Source: Elusimicrobiota bacterium (lineage in GTDB: Bacteria > Elusimicrobiota > Elusimicrobia > UBA1565 > UBA9628). Taken from it: a stretch of DNA of 64,000 nt. Where the stretch lies: contig DAHVNA010000005.1 in NCBI GenBank assembly GCA_027319565.1, positions 8,759 through 72,758 on the forward strand, in the 5' to 3' direction. Shown here in pieces: positions 50,993-60,190 of this stretch; the first letter of the stretch is position 1, and each line of letters opens with the position of its first letter. Made by a program: the position numbers and the translations under genes. The notes under the pieces were generated by a model. The model saw only the letters and a program-made list of their open reading frames with translations. It was not told the origin of the DNA and ran no database searches.

Positions 50993-51575
50993 ACTGAACT
51001 CCGATCGCGGCCAGCATAAGACCCATTAAGCGCGTAATGATATTGAGGATCGTCGGCCCCAGACGTTTGGCTCCGGAACCCGAAAAAGTCAAAATCAAAT
51101 AAGACAAGGCGGCAACCGCGGCTATGGTCAAATAGAGAATTCCGCGGGTGACCCAGCCGTGCGCGCGGTCAGACAAGACAATCGCGGTCGTAATCGCTCC
51201 CGGGCCGGCCAACATGGGAACGGCCAAGGGGGTAATGGCGATGTCTTCTTTCGCCATTCCCTCGCGGGTTTCTTCTTCGGTTTCTTGCAAGGGAGAGCGC
51301 TTGGCGCGAAGCATGTCCAGAGCGGAAAGAAGGACGATCAAGCCGCCCGCGACCTGAAAAGCGGGCAAGGTAACTCCAAAGAGGCTAAAAATTTGACTTC
51401 CTAAAAGAGCGAAGGCCGTTAAAATCAGCCAACAAACAATACAGGCCGTTTTAGCGGTGTGTCGGCGATCACGAGAATCTAACTTTTCCGTCATCGCCAA
51501 AAACGCCGGAATCGCGGCGAAAGGATCGACAATCGCAAATAGCGATCCGAAAGTTAAAAGAAAATATCCAAGCAT
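50964..51575 (-). CDS. MarC family membrane protein
   Basis: VDPFAAIP, IAITPLAVPMLAGPGAIT, RLMGLMLAAIGVQ. Confidence 0.93.
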   Translation of the reverse strand: MLGYFLLTFGSLFAIVDPFAAIPAFLAMTEKLDSRDRRHTAKTACIVCWLILTAFALLGSQIFSLFGVTLPAFQVAGGLIVLLSALDMLRAKRSPLQETEEETREGMAKEDIAITPLAVPMLAGPGAITTAIVLSDRAHGWVTRGILYLTIAAVAALSYLILTFSGSGAKRLGPTILNIITRLMGLMLAAIGVQFILTALKIH

Positions 51576-51587
51576 TTCACGATTGTA

Positions 51588-53108
51588 TCAAAACGCCATG
51601 ACAATTGAGGTTCCCGTCAGATAGACATTGTCCAAACGGTAGCCGGGGATACTCGCATAGGTATAAGCGCTGGTCGCGATGCCGTGCAAATTCCAATAAG
51701 AGTATTCGAGCTTAAACCAAAAATGATCGCTGATCTGCCAATCAATCGCGGCGGTATATTTATCCATGACGGAAGTCGCATAACCGTTTGCGGGATTAAT
51801 CGCGGTCACCGAGGGATATAAGGTGTCGTTGAGCGTCTGGTTATCCAAGAGGTCTTCCACCGGGCCTCTTCGATACATCTGGTTATAGACAAGAACGCCC
51901 ATGACGTCTTTCCCAAATTTAGGATGGCGAATCAGAGGAGCCGAGGCCTGGACGAAATAACCGTAATTTTCCTCGGCACTTTCTCCCAATAGAGAAGTGC
52001 AGCCATTGGCCGTCCCCGCAGACGGACACGGAGAACCGGAGGCCTGAAGATAATTCCCATTGGCCTCCAGCGGAGCCATAAACTGGGTATAGCTGTAAAT
52101 GCCTTGCCCGGAAAAATTAAGCCCGAGATAATCGAAACTCCAGTCCACTGAGTAAATTTGATAATTTAAATTTCCTTCCAGATTGTATTGCCCCTCCATC
52201 CCCGACAAATCCATCGTCACGCCCTTGAGATTGGAAGCCCCTTCCGGGAAAGGCCAGGGGAAACGCAAATCTCCCAAGGCCCAGACCAAACGCGCGCCAA
52301 CCGATTTTTGATTATTGTTATCGGCCAAATTATTATCCTGATGGCCAAAATCGATATTAGTCCCATTGCCGGGAATGGGAGGAACTCCAAGATTTCCGGT
52401 ATTTGGAAAAGTGCGCAGGCGATTATTAGATTCTCCCAAGCCGTTGACCACGTACAAAGTAATCTCATCTGGAATCAGAGGGTTTTTAATAGGAGGATAG
52501 AAACTCGTCCGCGCCCCGATATCGGTGTATCCAAGACTGACCGGAGGAGTCGGGGAATTGGCGCGCACGACAAAGCCGGGGTTTTCGGGGGAAACCATGG
52601 ACAGCGGCTGCGTGATGGTCAGATACTGTTCCGGACGATAAAGCTCGTTATAACGTCCAAAGGGAACGATGAATTTTCCCAGCTGAAAATCCCAGTTTTG
52701 AATCTTTTGATAGCTGAAATTGAGCTGATTGAGCTGAATCGAGCCTTGTCCCGTCGTCGGCATATGCCATTCGGCCACGATGGGAACGCTGTCGACAATC
52801 GGCCCATTAAAACCCGCGTACATTCCCCCCATGTAGACATCGTCTTGAACCTGCGTTTCATAACCGGGATAACGGGGACCGATATTAATCCAATTGAGGG
52901 CCATGCTTCCCGTGGGGCGCAAACGCGAAAAATGCGCAAGAAAACTATCGGCCATGTCCCAGTTGGAACCCGAGGCCGGTCCCGTTGAGAGGTCCGCTGA
53001 AAAACCGCTCGCTTGAGCCTTTAATGCGAGGCCAAAAATCAATAAAAAAGCGCAAAGAGTTGTTTCTTGACAGCGGAAGCGAAAAGAGTTACCATGAAAG
53101 CGTCGCAT
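51588..53108 (-). CDS. Hypothetical outer-membrane beta-barrel (porin-like)
   Basis: Signal ending AQA, GKFIVPFG, DNNNQKSVGAR, C-terminal Phe. Confidence 0.65.
   Translation of the reverse strand: MRRFHGNSFRFRCQETTLCAFLLIFGLALKAQASGFSADLSTGPASGSNWDMADSFLAHFSRLRPTGSMALNWINIGPRYPGYETQVQDDVYMGGMYAGFNGPIVDSVPIVAEWHMPTTGQGSIQLNQLNFSYQKIQNWDFQLGKFIVPFGRYNELYRPEQYLTITQPLSMVSPENPGFVVRANSPTPPVSLGYTDIGARTSFYPPIKNPLIPDEITLYVVNGLGESNNRLRTFPNTGNLGVPPIPGNGTNIDFGHQDNNLADNNNQKSVGARLVWALGDLRFPWPFPEGASNLKGVTMDLSGMEGQYNLEGNLNYQIYSVDWSFDYLGLNFSGQGIYSYTQFMAPLEANGNYLQASGSPCPSAGTANGCTSLLGESAEENYGYFVQASAPLIRHPKFGKDVMGVLVYNQMYRRGPVEDLLDNQTLNDTLYPSVTAINPANGYATSVMDKYTAAIDWQISDHFWFKLEYSYWNLHGIATSAYTYASIPGYRLDNVYLTGTSIVMAF
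53067..53095 (+). promoter_or_regulatory. Sigma70 promoter of the ferredoxin gene
   Basis: TTGACA (53067-53072), 17 nt, TACCAT (53090-53095). Confidence 0.65.
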
Positions 53109-53147
53109 CGGTTTAAATCTTATCAAACAAACAGGGAGAAGAGTTCA

Positions 53148-53462
53148 ATGGCTCATGTCATCAACGAAGCCTGCTTAGGGGAAGTTTACGCTTCATGCGT
53201 CGATGTCTGTCCGGTTGAGTGCATTCATCCGGGAGATTACAAGGGTCAGCCGTTCATGATCATTGATCCAGAGGTCTGCATTGACTGCGGAGTCTGCCTC
53301 CCGGAATGCCCCATCGGCGCGATTGTCGGTTCAGTGGATGAGTCTCCCGAATGGGCCAAGGTTAACGCGGAACTGGCTCCCACGTTTAAAAATAATCCGA
53401 AAACGACGCCGCGGCCGGCCAACGATCCGCCCAGGAAAGCCACTAATAAGCTGGTCAAATAG
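53148..53462 (+). CDS. Dicluster (7Fe-type) ferredoxin
   Basis: C-x7-CVDVCP and CIDCGVCLPECP motifs; GGAG SD. Confidence 0.9.
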   Translation: MAHVINEACLGEVYASCVDVCPVECIHPGDYKGQPFMIIDPEVCIDCGVCLPECPIGAIVGSVDESPEWAKVNAELAPTFKNNPKTTPRPANDPPRKATNKLVK

Positions 53463-53465
53463 TTT

Positions 53466-55454
53466 TTGATTGATCTCTATAAAAAGGCTAGCCGGCTGTT
53501 GGGGCTCGGCGTTTTTTTGTTTTTTTCCGCGCCGCGAGCCCAGGCTATGAGTTACACCTATCTGTGCCGGGCCCCGCTAGACTGGAAAGGAGCCGTTCTC
53601 TCGGGCCTTCAAGCCATTCCCTTTGAAGACGGGCTTTTTAAAACCAGCGCGAGTTCTTCTGTTTTTTTGTCCCGGGTTATCTCATCTCCGATTCCCTTTG
53701 ATCAGTTGGTAGGATCTTGGAACGCGGAAGTGCCCATTCACAATTCTCTGCGGATGGAGGCGCGCGTTCAAATAGACAATCACTGGACGCCTTGGTTTAT
53801 TCTTGGAACCCAAAAAGGATCCCTTTTCTTCTCGCATAAAAGCGAAAAGAAATCTTCTATCGCCTTTGTCGATATCGACACGCTGAAACTCAAAAAAAGC
53901 GCTCGCATTTTTCAATACCGCGTTTTATTTTCGTCTCCTAAAAAACCGACAATTCTAAAACTTCTCGCGATTAACGTCTCAAACCCGGAAGGATACCGCA
54001 AAAAACCGCTTCCATTTAAGCCCGGCCCCTGGGTTCGGGAGCTTAAGGTTCAAGCCCGCTCTCAAATGCAGGAAGAAAAAAAATATCGGCGCAATGTTTG
54101 CAGCCCCACTTCCCTGGGAATGGCGCTTGACTATTGGAAAATTCGCATTAAAACGGCGAAAATCGCCGAAGCAGTGCGGGATCAAACAACGCTTAATTTT
54201 GGAGACTGGACGTTTAACACCGCTTTTGCCGGCTCCTGGGGGCTTCTGTCTTATGTTTCACGCTTTAACGACTTAAGAGAAGTCGAGGAAGAAATCGCAA
54301 AAGGACGGCCCGTCATCGCCAGCGTTTCTTTTAAGACCGGAGAAATGCCCCGCGCCCCCATTCAAAAAACGGCAGGACACCTGCTTGTCATCATAGGATT
54401 TACAAAAACGGGAGACGTCATCGTCAATGATCCCGCCGCGCCTAACGTCTCTTCAGTCAGACGGGTCTATCCCAGGGCTTCTTTTGATAAGGCCTGGAGA
54501 ATCAACAAAAGAGGCCTGGTTTATCTCCTGAGTCCCCTTCAAGGCCTCTCGGCCATCATCGGCGTTCCCGTTTCAAACCTGATGTCAAAACCCGTTCCCA
54601 AAATAAAAGTAAAGCTCGACGATCCTTTGCACTTATCTCAGCTTCTTTACGGCGAGAAAATAACCATTTTAGAAGCCAAAGGCCAATGGGTTAAAATCGC
54701 GGCTGATGAACAAATGGATTTTCGGCAAGGACATTGGCAAGGCTATCATGGGTGGATTCAAGCAAAAGACATTTCCTTTGCCTTTAATCCGGCGCCGAAT
54801 TCCGTCGTTAGAATCAGACAAGCCATTTTGCACCGCGGCCAAGAATTTCTCAACCTATCAGTTGGCACCAGGCTTAAGAAACTTGGGAACAACGGCAGCC
54901 TTTCCATTGTTCAACTTCCGGACGGCACAACCGCCGAGATTGATTCCAGCGCTCTTTATCCTTCTCAAAACGCAATCGACGCCCAAAGCCGAGCGGAAAT
55001 TATTCGAACGGCCGAGCTTTTTCTTGGAACCAGCTATTACTGGGGCGGCAGGTCCGGAGTTCAACCCGATCTCTCCATCGGGGTCGATTGCTCGGGACTG
55101 GTTAACCTCGCCTACCGGGTCATTGGAATCGATATCCCCAGGGATTCTTTCGCGCAAAAGCTCAAAAGTCTTCCCATGAAAAACACGGATCTCAAAATAG
55201 GCGATCTTATTTTCTTAACCGATCCTAAAAACAAGAAACGCATCAGCCATGTCATGATTTACACGGGCGGAGATGGATTTATCGAAAGCCGAAAATCATC
55301 CGGACAGGTTATGCGTTCCTCGTTTAAAGAGAGATTCGGTCTTCCCTTAAGCGAAATCGCCTCAGGTTCCGAAGTCAAGGATTACTCCTACCCCAAGCCC
55401 AAGAAAAGATTTATTTATTTTGGCTCTTATTTTGAACAACCTCATCTAAATTAA
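53466..55454 (+). CDS. Exported fusion: peptidase C39-like, SH3b and NlpC/P60 domains
   Basis: C39-like CSPTS / GHL / NDP; QLLYGE SH3-like segment; NlpC/P60 YYWGG, VDCSGL, PRDS, SHV. Confidence 0.85.
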   Translation: MIDLYKKASRLLGLGVFLFFSAPRAQAMSYTYLCRAPLDWKGAVLSGLQAIPFEDGLFKTSASSSVFLSRVISSPIPFDQLVGSWNAEVPIHNSLRMEARVQIDNHWTPWFILGTQKGSLFFSHKSEKKSSIAFVDIDTLKLKKSARIFQYRVLFSSPKKPTILKLLAINVSNPEGYRKKPLPFKPGPWVRELKVQARSQMQEEKKYRRNVCSPTSLGMALDYWKIRIKTAKIAEAVRDQTTLNFGDWTFNTAFAGSWGLLSYVSRFNDLREVEEEIAKGRPVIASVSFKTGEMPRAPIQKTAGHLLVIIGFTKTGDVIVNDPAAPNVSSVRRVYPRASFDKAWRINKRGLVYLLSPLQGLSAIIGVPVSNLMSKPVPKIKVKLDDPLHLSQLLYGEKITILEAKGQWVKIAADEQMDFRQGHWQGYHGWIQAKDISFAFNPAPNSVVRIRQAILHRGQEFLNLSVGTRLKKLGNNGSLSIVQLPDGTTAEIDSSALYPSQNAIDAQSRAEIIRTAELFLGTSYYWGGRSGVQPDLSIGVDCSGLVNLAYRVIGIDIPRDSFAQKLKSLPMKNTDLKIGDLIFLTDPKNKKRISHVMIYTGGDGFIESRKSSGQVMRSSFKERFGLPLSEIASGSEVKDYSYPKPKKRFIYFGSYFEQPHLN

Positions 55455-56331
55455 TTCCAAGCAGCGGCCACCTGGAATTTTCATACCGGGCAAAATATTC
55501 CAAGGCTGGAACGTCTTTAACGACGCTGTTAAAAGCCGCGTGGCGAATATAGGTCTGCCCCCCCTTCTGGATGATAAACACTTGATGGGAAATTAAAACC
55601 GGCTTATCCGAGCGGTCGGCGCGGACAAGATTGGCGATAGTTCCGGACGGAATTTCCGCCAAGCGATCCTCAAAATCGCGGATTGGCAGATAGGGAATTT
55701 GAGCTTCCTCATCCGGCATCGATTCTCCGATCTCGCGCAAATTGTGAAGTAAATTCTCTTTCTCCTGAGGCGACATCTTTGGAAAGCCTTCAATATCCGA
55801 CATTTGTTTCTCCTGATACCACTTCGACTTGGATATCCACTTTGAGGCCACCTCGATATCCGGCCCGGCAATGCGGGCGGTGATGTCTTTGATAAACCCG
55901 GCGGCAATATTATTGGGAATCCAATCAACGGAAGGAAAATGATTTCGTGTCTGATAAGAGACGACCCCGCCTTTATAGCGAATGCGCTTTAGAATTTTCT
56001 TGGCTTCTTCGAGATTCTTCGCTAGAGACAAAGCCATCGTTTCTTCGACAAAGGTCGTGCAGTCGACCGCCGAAAAAGAAATAAGAGGCTTGCGGTCAAA
56101 TTCGCCGTTCGAGCCTTCGCCCAGAGGCCCCAAGCGATAAGGGGTCCCCAAAAAATGTGCGCTGATTTTAACGATTCTTTGAGAAACCTGGGGATATTTT
56201 TTATGAATTCTTGAAATCGTCTGGTCAATTTCGCGATTAGTCATCTGGTTAAAAGATTTATCTAAAGCGCTCTGGGCCGTGCAGTTCCAACAGAGAAAAA
56301 TTAACGGAATAAACAAGACCTTAGATCTCAT
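55411..56331 (-). CDS. DUF1460 family N-acetylmuramoyl-L-alanine amidase-like protein
   Basis: FLGTPY, VDCTTFVE, RNHF..DW, SH, RHA; signal/lipobox. Confidence 0.85.
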   Translation of the reverse strand: MRSKVLFIPLIFLCWNCTAQSALDKSFNQMTNREIDQTISRIHKKYPQVSQRIVKISAHFLGTPYRLGPLGEGSNGEFDRKPLISFSAVDCTTFVEETMALSLAKNLEEAKKILKRIRYKGGVVSYQTRNHFPSVDWIPNNIAAGFIKDITARIAGPDIEVASKWISKSKWYQEKQMSDIEGFPKMSPQEKENLLHNLREIGESMPDEEAQIPYLPIRDFEDRLAEIPSGTIANLVRADRSDKPVLISHQVFIIQKGGQTYIRHAAFNSVVKDVPALEYFARYENSRWPLLGINLDEVVQNKSQNK

Positions 56332-56360
56332 ATTCCCAACCTCCTTGACTATTTGCGGGT

Positions 56361-57320
56361 TTAAAATGGAGTCGCATGATATCCCATTTTTTTAAGGATC
56401 CACCCGTAGAAAAACGTCATATAAAGCATCGCTCGCTTTCCGACAAAAGAGGAATCAAACCCATATGGGGCCTGATAAGCCAACCCTATTTGATACCAAT
56501 CCGCCTGGTAATTAATTTCATAACTGGTATATCCGGCGGTCAAGCCTTGATGTCCATTTGAGCTTTCATTGACCAAGGTTCGGCTTTCGATGGCCGGCAC
56601 CAAATGATCTAAGAAATTGGGAACATTCCAGCCCACCACGTCATGTAAATAGAGAAAACTATACTCAAGAGCCCCGTCAAAACGCGCGGAATCTCCGAAA
56701 TCCAAAAGACCGACATATGGCGACAAAGGTTCCGGCCCGCTTCCAAAAGGAGTGATTCCGGCGATATCGGTCTGAATGGCGAAGGGGCGAATCCAGGAAA
56801 CCGGAATATCTCCCATTCCCTTGTTAAAAAGCAGGTATCCGTAAAGCGTCAGCGGATTTCCCTGTCCGGCTTGAGAGGCCCCCATCGGGGTGGTCGCCCT
56901 CACAATAGCCGTCGCCATGATTTCATGCGGCGCATTTTCATAAAACATATACTTTCCCTGAACCCCGAAATACTGAAATCCGGCGTGAGCGCCGCCGGGG
57001 GTCTCGACATCCTCGTAATGAGATTCAAAGCGGATGCTCATGGAATGCGTCAAGCGTTTTTCAAGGGTGATCGGAGTTTGAAACACATTAGCCCCGCCGT
57101 AGGCCGGACCTAGAGAGGGAGACAAGGTCAGCTGATTATCTACATCCGCATCCTTGACGATCAAAGGTTCGATAAAAATGCGGTTTCCCGCGCGCGCCAA
57201 ATCGCTATTGTAAACTCCTGTCGCTGTCCCGGAACTGTTTTTTAAACCCGTTGAGTCAACCGCCCCGGCGCTTCCAACAAAAAAAGCCTGGGTGACGAAA
57301 AAAACAAAGAACCAGCTCAT
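56361..57320 (-). CDS. Hypothetical exported protein, probable beta-barrel
   Basis: Signal peptide, aromatic alternating strands, terminal Phe. Confidence 0.6.
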   Translation of the reverse strand: MSWFFVFFVTQAFFVGSAGAVDSTGLKNSSGTATGVYNSDLARAGNRIFIEPLIVKDADVDNQLTLSPSLGPAYGGANVFQTPITLEKRLTHSMSIRFESHYEDVETPGGAHAGFQYFGVQGKYMFYENAPHEIMATAIVRATTPMGASQAGQGNPLTLYGYLLFNKGMGDIPVSWIRPFAIQTDIAGITPFGSGPEPLSPYVGLLDFGDSARFDGALEYSFLYLHDVVGWNVPNFLDHLVPAIESRTLVNESSNGHQGLTAGYTSYEINYQADWYQIGLAYQAPYGFDSSFVGKRAMLYMTFFYGWILKKMGYHATPF

Positions 57321-58321
57321 AAAAACCTCGCAATCTCATCACGAGAAAAGCGCGGGAACTCTTTTTGCCTTTTCCCGTTTCTTAATAGGACTCCTTTCCC
57401 TCGAAAAGCTCTTCCGATAACAGCGGCCGGAACTTTAAGACGCGAAAGCTGGGCAATGATTTTACCGGATGATTGGGGGCTTGAAGCAATCAAAAGAGCT
57501 CCTGAAGACAAAGCTCCCAAAGGATTGAGCCCGTAAAAATCCAGCAAGCGCCGAACGGATTCTAAAATAGGGATTCTCTCTTCCTGAATTTCAATCCGCA
57601 CTTTAGACGCCTCGGACATTTCATAAAGCCCGGAAGACAAACCGCCTTCCGTGGGGTCATGCATGGCGTGAACATTTCCCACTTGATAAGCGGTCAAGGC
57701 CTCTTTGACTACTCCGATATTTTTGATGAGATTTTCGCATTGACGGGCAAAAACCACCCCAAATTTGGCCTGGACCAGCGATTTTTTTTCGCGGGCAATC
57801 ACGGAGGCCGCCTCTAACGCGACACTTTTCGTTAAAATAATCTCGTCTCCCGGACAAACTCCGGAAGTCGAAAGGGCTTTTTTCCCCAGAACCTCTCCCA
57901 ACATGATTCCGGTCAAAACCGGACGAGTCACGGCTGATGTAATTTCGGTATGCCCGCCGATTGAAGAAACCCCAAAAAGGCGGCAAGAACGCTCGACCTC
58001 GGAAAAAATTTTTTTAATCATTGCTGGAGAAGATTGCTTTTCGGGAAAAAGAGCCGAACAGAGAAACCACCGCGGCCTGGCCCCGCGGGTTGAGATATCA
58101 TTGGCATTGACGGCCACCGCATAGAAGCCGGCTTCTTTAGACAAAAAAGTGACTGGGTCGACTGTCACCGCAATCATCTTCCCCCCAATTTTCAAAACAG
58201 CCGCGTCTTCCCCCAGAGCCGGCCCAATCAAAACTTGGGGATCGGAGAGGCGAAATTGCTTAAGCATCCGGGATAAAAATACCGGAGGAAGTTTTCCGGC
58301 AGGAAAATTAATTTGCCCCAT
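57317..58321 (-). CDS. AIR synthase (PurM/HypE/ThiL) superfamily protein
   Basis: GKLP, GEDAA, VDP, NANDI, GGHTE, AMHDPTEGG. Confidence 0.9.
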   Translation of the reverse strand: MGQINFPAGKLPPVFLSRMLKQFRLSDPQVLIGPALGEDAAVLKIGGKMIAVTVDPVTFLSKEAGFYAVAVNANDISTRGARPRWFLCSALFPEKQSSPAMIKKIFSEVERSCRLFGVSSIGGHTEITSAVTRPVLTGIMLGEVLGKKALSTSGVCPGDEIILTKSVALEAASVIAREKKSLVQAKFGVVFARQCENLIKNIGVVKEALTAYQVGNVHAMHDPTEGGLSSGLYEMSEASKVRIEIQEERIPILESVRRLLDFYGLNPLGALSSGALLIASSPQSSGKIIAQLSRLKVPAAVIGRAFRGKGVLLRNGKRQKEFPRFSRDEIARFL

Positions 58322-59696
58322 AAGACATTCGTTTTTTAAAAATGGAATAAAGGTAAAACGAACAGGCAACCATCAGCCCTGGATAAATAGGCGCTAATCC
58401 TAGAGGCTGTTTAAGCAACGTCCAAAGAGCGGAAACCCCGCTTCCGCCAATCATAATCTTGATCACGTCTTCTGAAAGGGGTTTTAAAGAGGGGAAATAT
58501 CCCAAGCACAATGGAAACAAAAGTCCCGCGACCGCAATGGAGCTGAGCGTATACCAGATATCGACGACCGAAGGCAAAACGACGGCGATTGCCGTCCCTA
58601 AAACTAAGCCCACAATAAGCCCCAATTGAACATGCCGGGTCTCAGACAAACCGGGGAGCTTAAAAAATTTCCAGACAATATCTTTTCCCAGAGTCGAGGC
58701 AAACAAAAAGGCAAGAGAGCTAAAAGCCGCGAAAATCGCGCCCAGCATCCCCACATAGAAAAATCCTTTCCACAGCGGCGGAAGAATCCTGTCGGCCAAT
58801 GCCGGGTAAGACAAAACCGGGTCCTTTAAGTTCGGCAAAATAGCCCGGGCATAGAGCCCGGCGACCGTGGTAATAAAATCAAATAGTATCCAGAATAAAA
58901 CGCTCACGACAATTCCGCGGCGCGCCACTTCCGGGCTTTTGGCCGCCAGGCATTTTTGATAAAACGTCGGTTCAACGAGTGTCCACAAACCCAAAAACCA
59001 CCAAGAGCCGATGTAACCTAGGCTTTTGCCTCCGCTCCACTCTAAATGCGTTTTGGGGAGATGAGCGCGAAGAAAGGAAAGCCCGCCCCAAGCGTGATAG
59101 GCGGCTAAAGGCAAAACAATCAACCCGCTATACATTAAAATAAAATGCAAGACATCCGCCCGAACGTCCGAGCGAAATCCGCCGACGAAAAGAAAAGCGG
59201 TCGCCGAAACCATCGCAACCGCAAAAGAAGCCCACAGGGAAATTCCGGCTAGAGATTTAACGAGGACCCAAATCATGAGAATATAGGGAGCCGGGGAAAC
59301 AAGCAGAAGCAAAAGAGCCGCCCCAATTCCGGAGGCCCGAGAACCGTAAAATTTTTCTAAAAGCTCCGGCAGGGTCAAGGCGCCGGAACTGGCGATTTTT
59401 GGAGCCAGAAAATAAGCGTAAATAAGAGCGAAAATGTAATAGGGAAAGCCCAAGACCACCCAGTTGAGAAGGCCGTAACGGTAAGAAAACTCTCCCACTC
59501 CCAAAACCCCGCCATACCAGCTGGAAACCAAGGCCGCGACAAAAACGGGCAGACTGAGGCCGCGGCCCGCCAAAAGGTAATCCGCCATCTCCGAAGTATT
59601 TTGATTTTTCCTATAAAACCAGAAGCCGACCGATAAATTGGCCGCGAAATAAAGGGCAATGACCCCATAATCAATGACGCCAAGAGAAAATCTCAT
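58308..59696 (-). CDS. Sodium:solute symporter (SSS) family transporter
   Basis: About 13 TMs; DYLLAGR, TLPELL, GGFRSDVRAD, YQKCLAAK. Confidence 0.92.
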   Translation of the reverse strand: MRFSLGVIDYGVIALYFAANLSVGFWFYRKNQNTSEMADYLLAGRGLSLPVFVAALVSSWYGGVLGVGEFSYRYGLLNWVVLGFPYYIFALIYAYFLAPKIASSGALTLPELLEKFYGSRASGIGAALLLLLVSPAPYILMIWVLVKSLAGISLWASFAVAMVSATAFLFVGGFRSDVRADVLHFILMYSGLIVLPLAAYHAWGGLSFLRAHLPKTHLEWSGGKSLGYIGSWWFLGLWTLVEPTFYQKCLAAKSPEVARRGIVVSVLFWILFDFITTVAGLYARAILPNLKDPVLSYPALADRILPPLWKGFFYVGMLGAIFAAFSSLAFLFASTLGKDIVWKFFKLPGLSETRHVQLGLIVGLVLGTAIAVVLPSVVDIWYTLSSIAVAGLLFPLCLGYFPSLKPLSEDVIKIMIGGSGVSALWTLLKQPLGLAPIYPGLMVACSFYLYSIFKKRMSYGAN

Positions 59697-59719
59697 ACCG
59701 ATTTTCTTATAATACTATT

Positions 59720-60190
59720 ATGAAAGAAACATTCCTAACGCGAGCCGGCTATGAGAAACTCGTCTCCGAGATTGAGCCGCTCAAAAAAATGAAGAATCAA
59801 CTATCTCAAGACATCGCCGAGGCTCGGGAAAAAGGCGACCTGAAAGAAAATGCGGAATATCACAGCGCCAAGGAAAAACTGGCCGAGGTGATGGGCCGAA
59901 TCGCAAAGATACAAGATAAGCTCGAAGGAGCCAAAATCATCGACGATCTTGACGTTCCAAAAGGCGTCGTTTCCATTGGCTGCCGGGTGACGATACAAAA
60001 CGAGTCCGGAGATGAATCGGTCTATATGTTGGTCGGCGAAGATGAGTCCGATCCCACTGAAGGAAAAATTTCCGTCTACGCCCCAATCGCGCAAGGGCTT
60101 CTGGGAAAAAAAGTCGGAGAGACCGTCACCGTCACTCTCCCGGCAGGCCCCCGAAGATTTAAAATCATCAAAGCAGAGCCCGCTCTATAA
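59720..60190 (+). CDS. greA: Transcription elongation factor GreA
   Basis: AREKGDLKENAEYHSAK, ISVYAPIAQGLLG. Confidence 0.97.
   Translation: MKETFLTRAGYEKLVSEIEPLKKMKNQLSQDIAEAREKGDLKENAEYHSAKEKLAEVMGRIAKIQDKLEGAKIIDDLDVPKGVVSIGCRVTIQNESGDESVYMLVGEDESDPTEGKISVYAPIAQGLLGKKVGETVTVTLPAGPRRFKIIKAEPAL

Noticed and set aside
51588..53108. Cyc2-like cytochrome-porin iron oxidase
   Set aside because: No CxxCH heme motif.
57317..58321. hypE hydrogenase maturation gene
   Set aside because: Lacks the C-terminal PRIC motif, and no hyp or hydrogenase genes are nearby.
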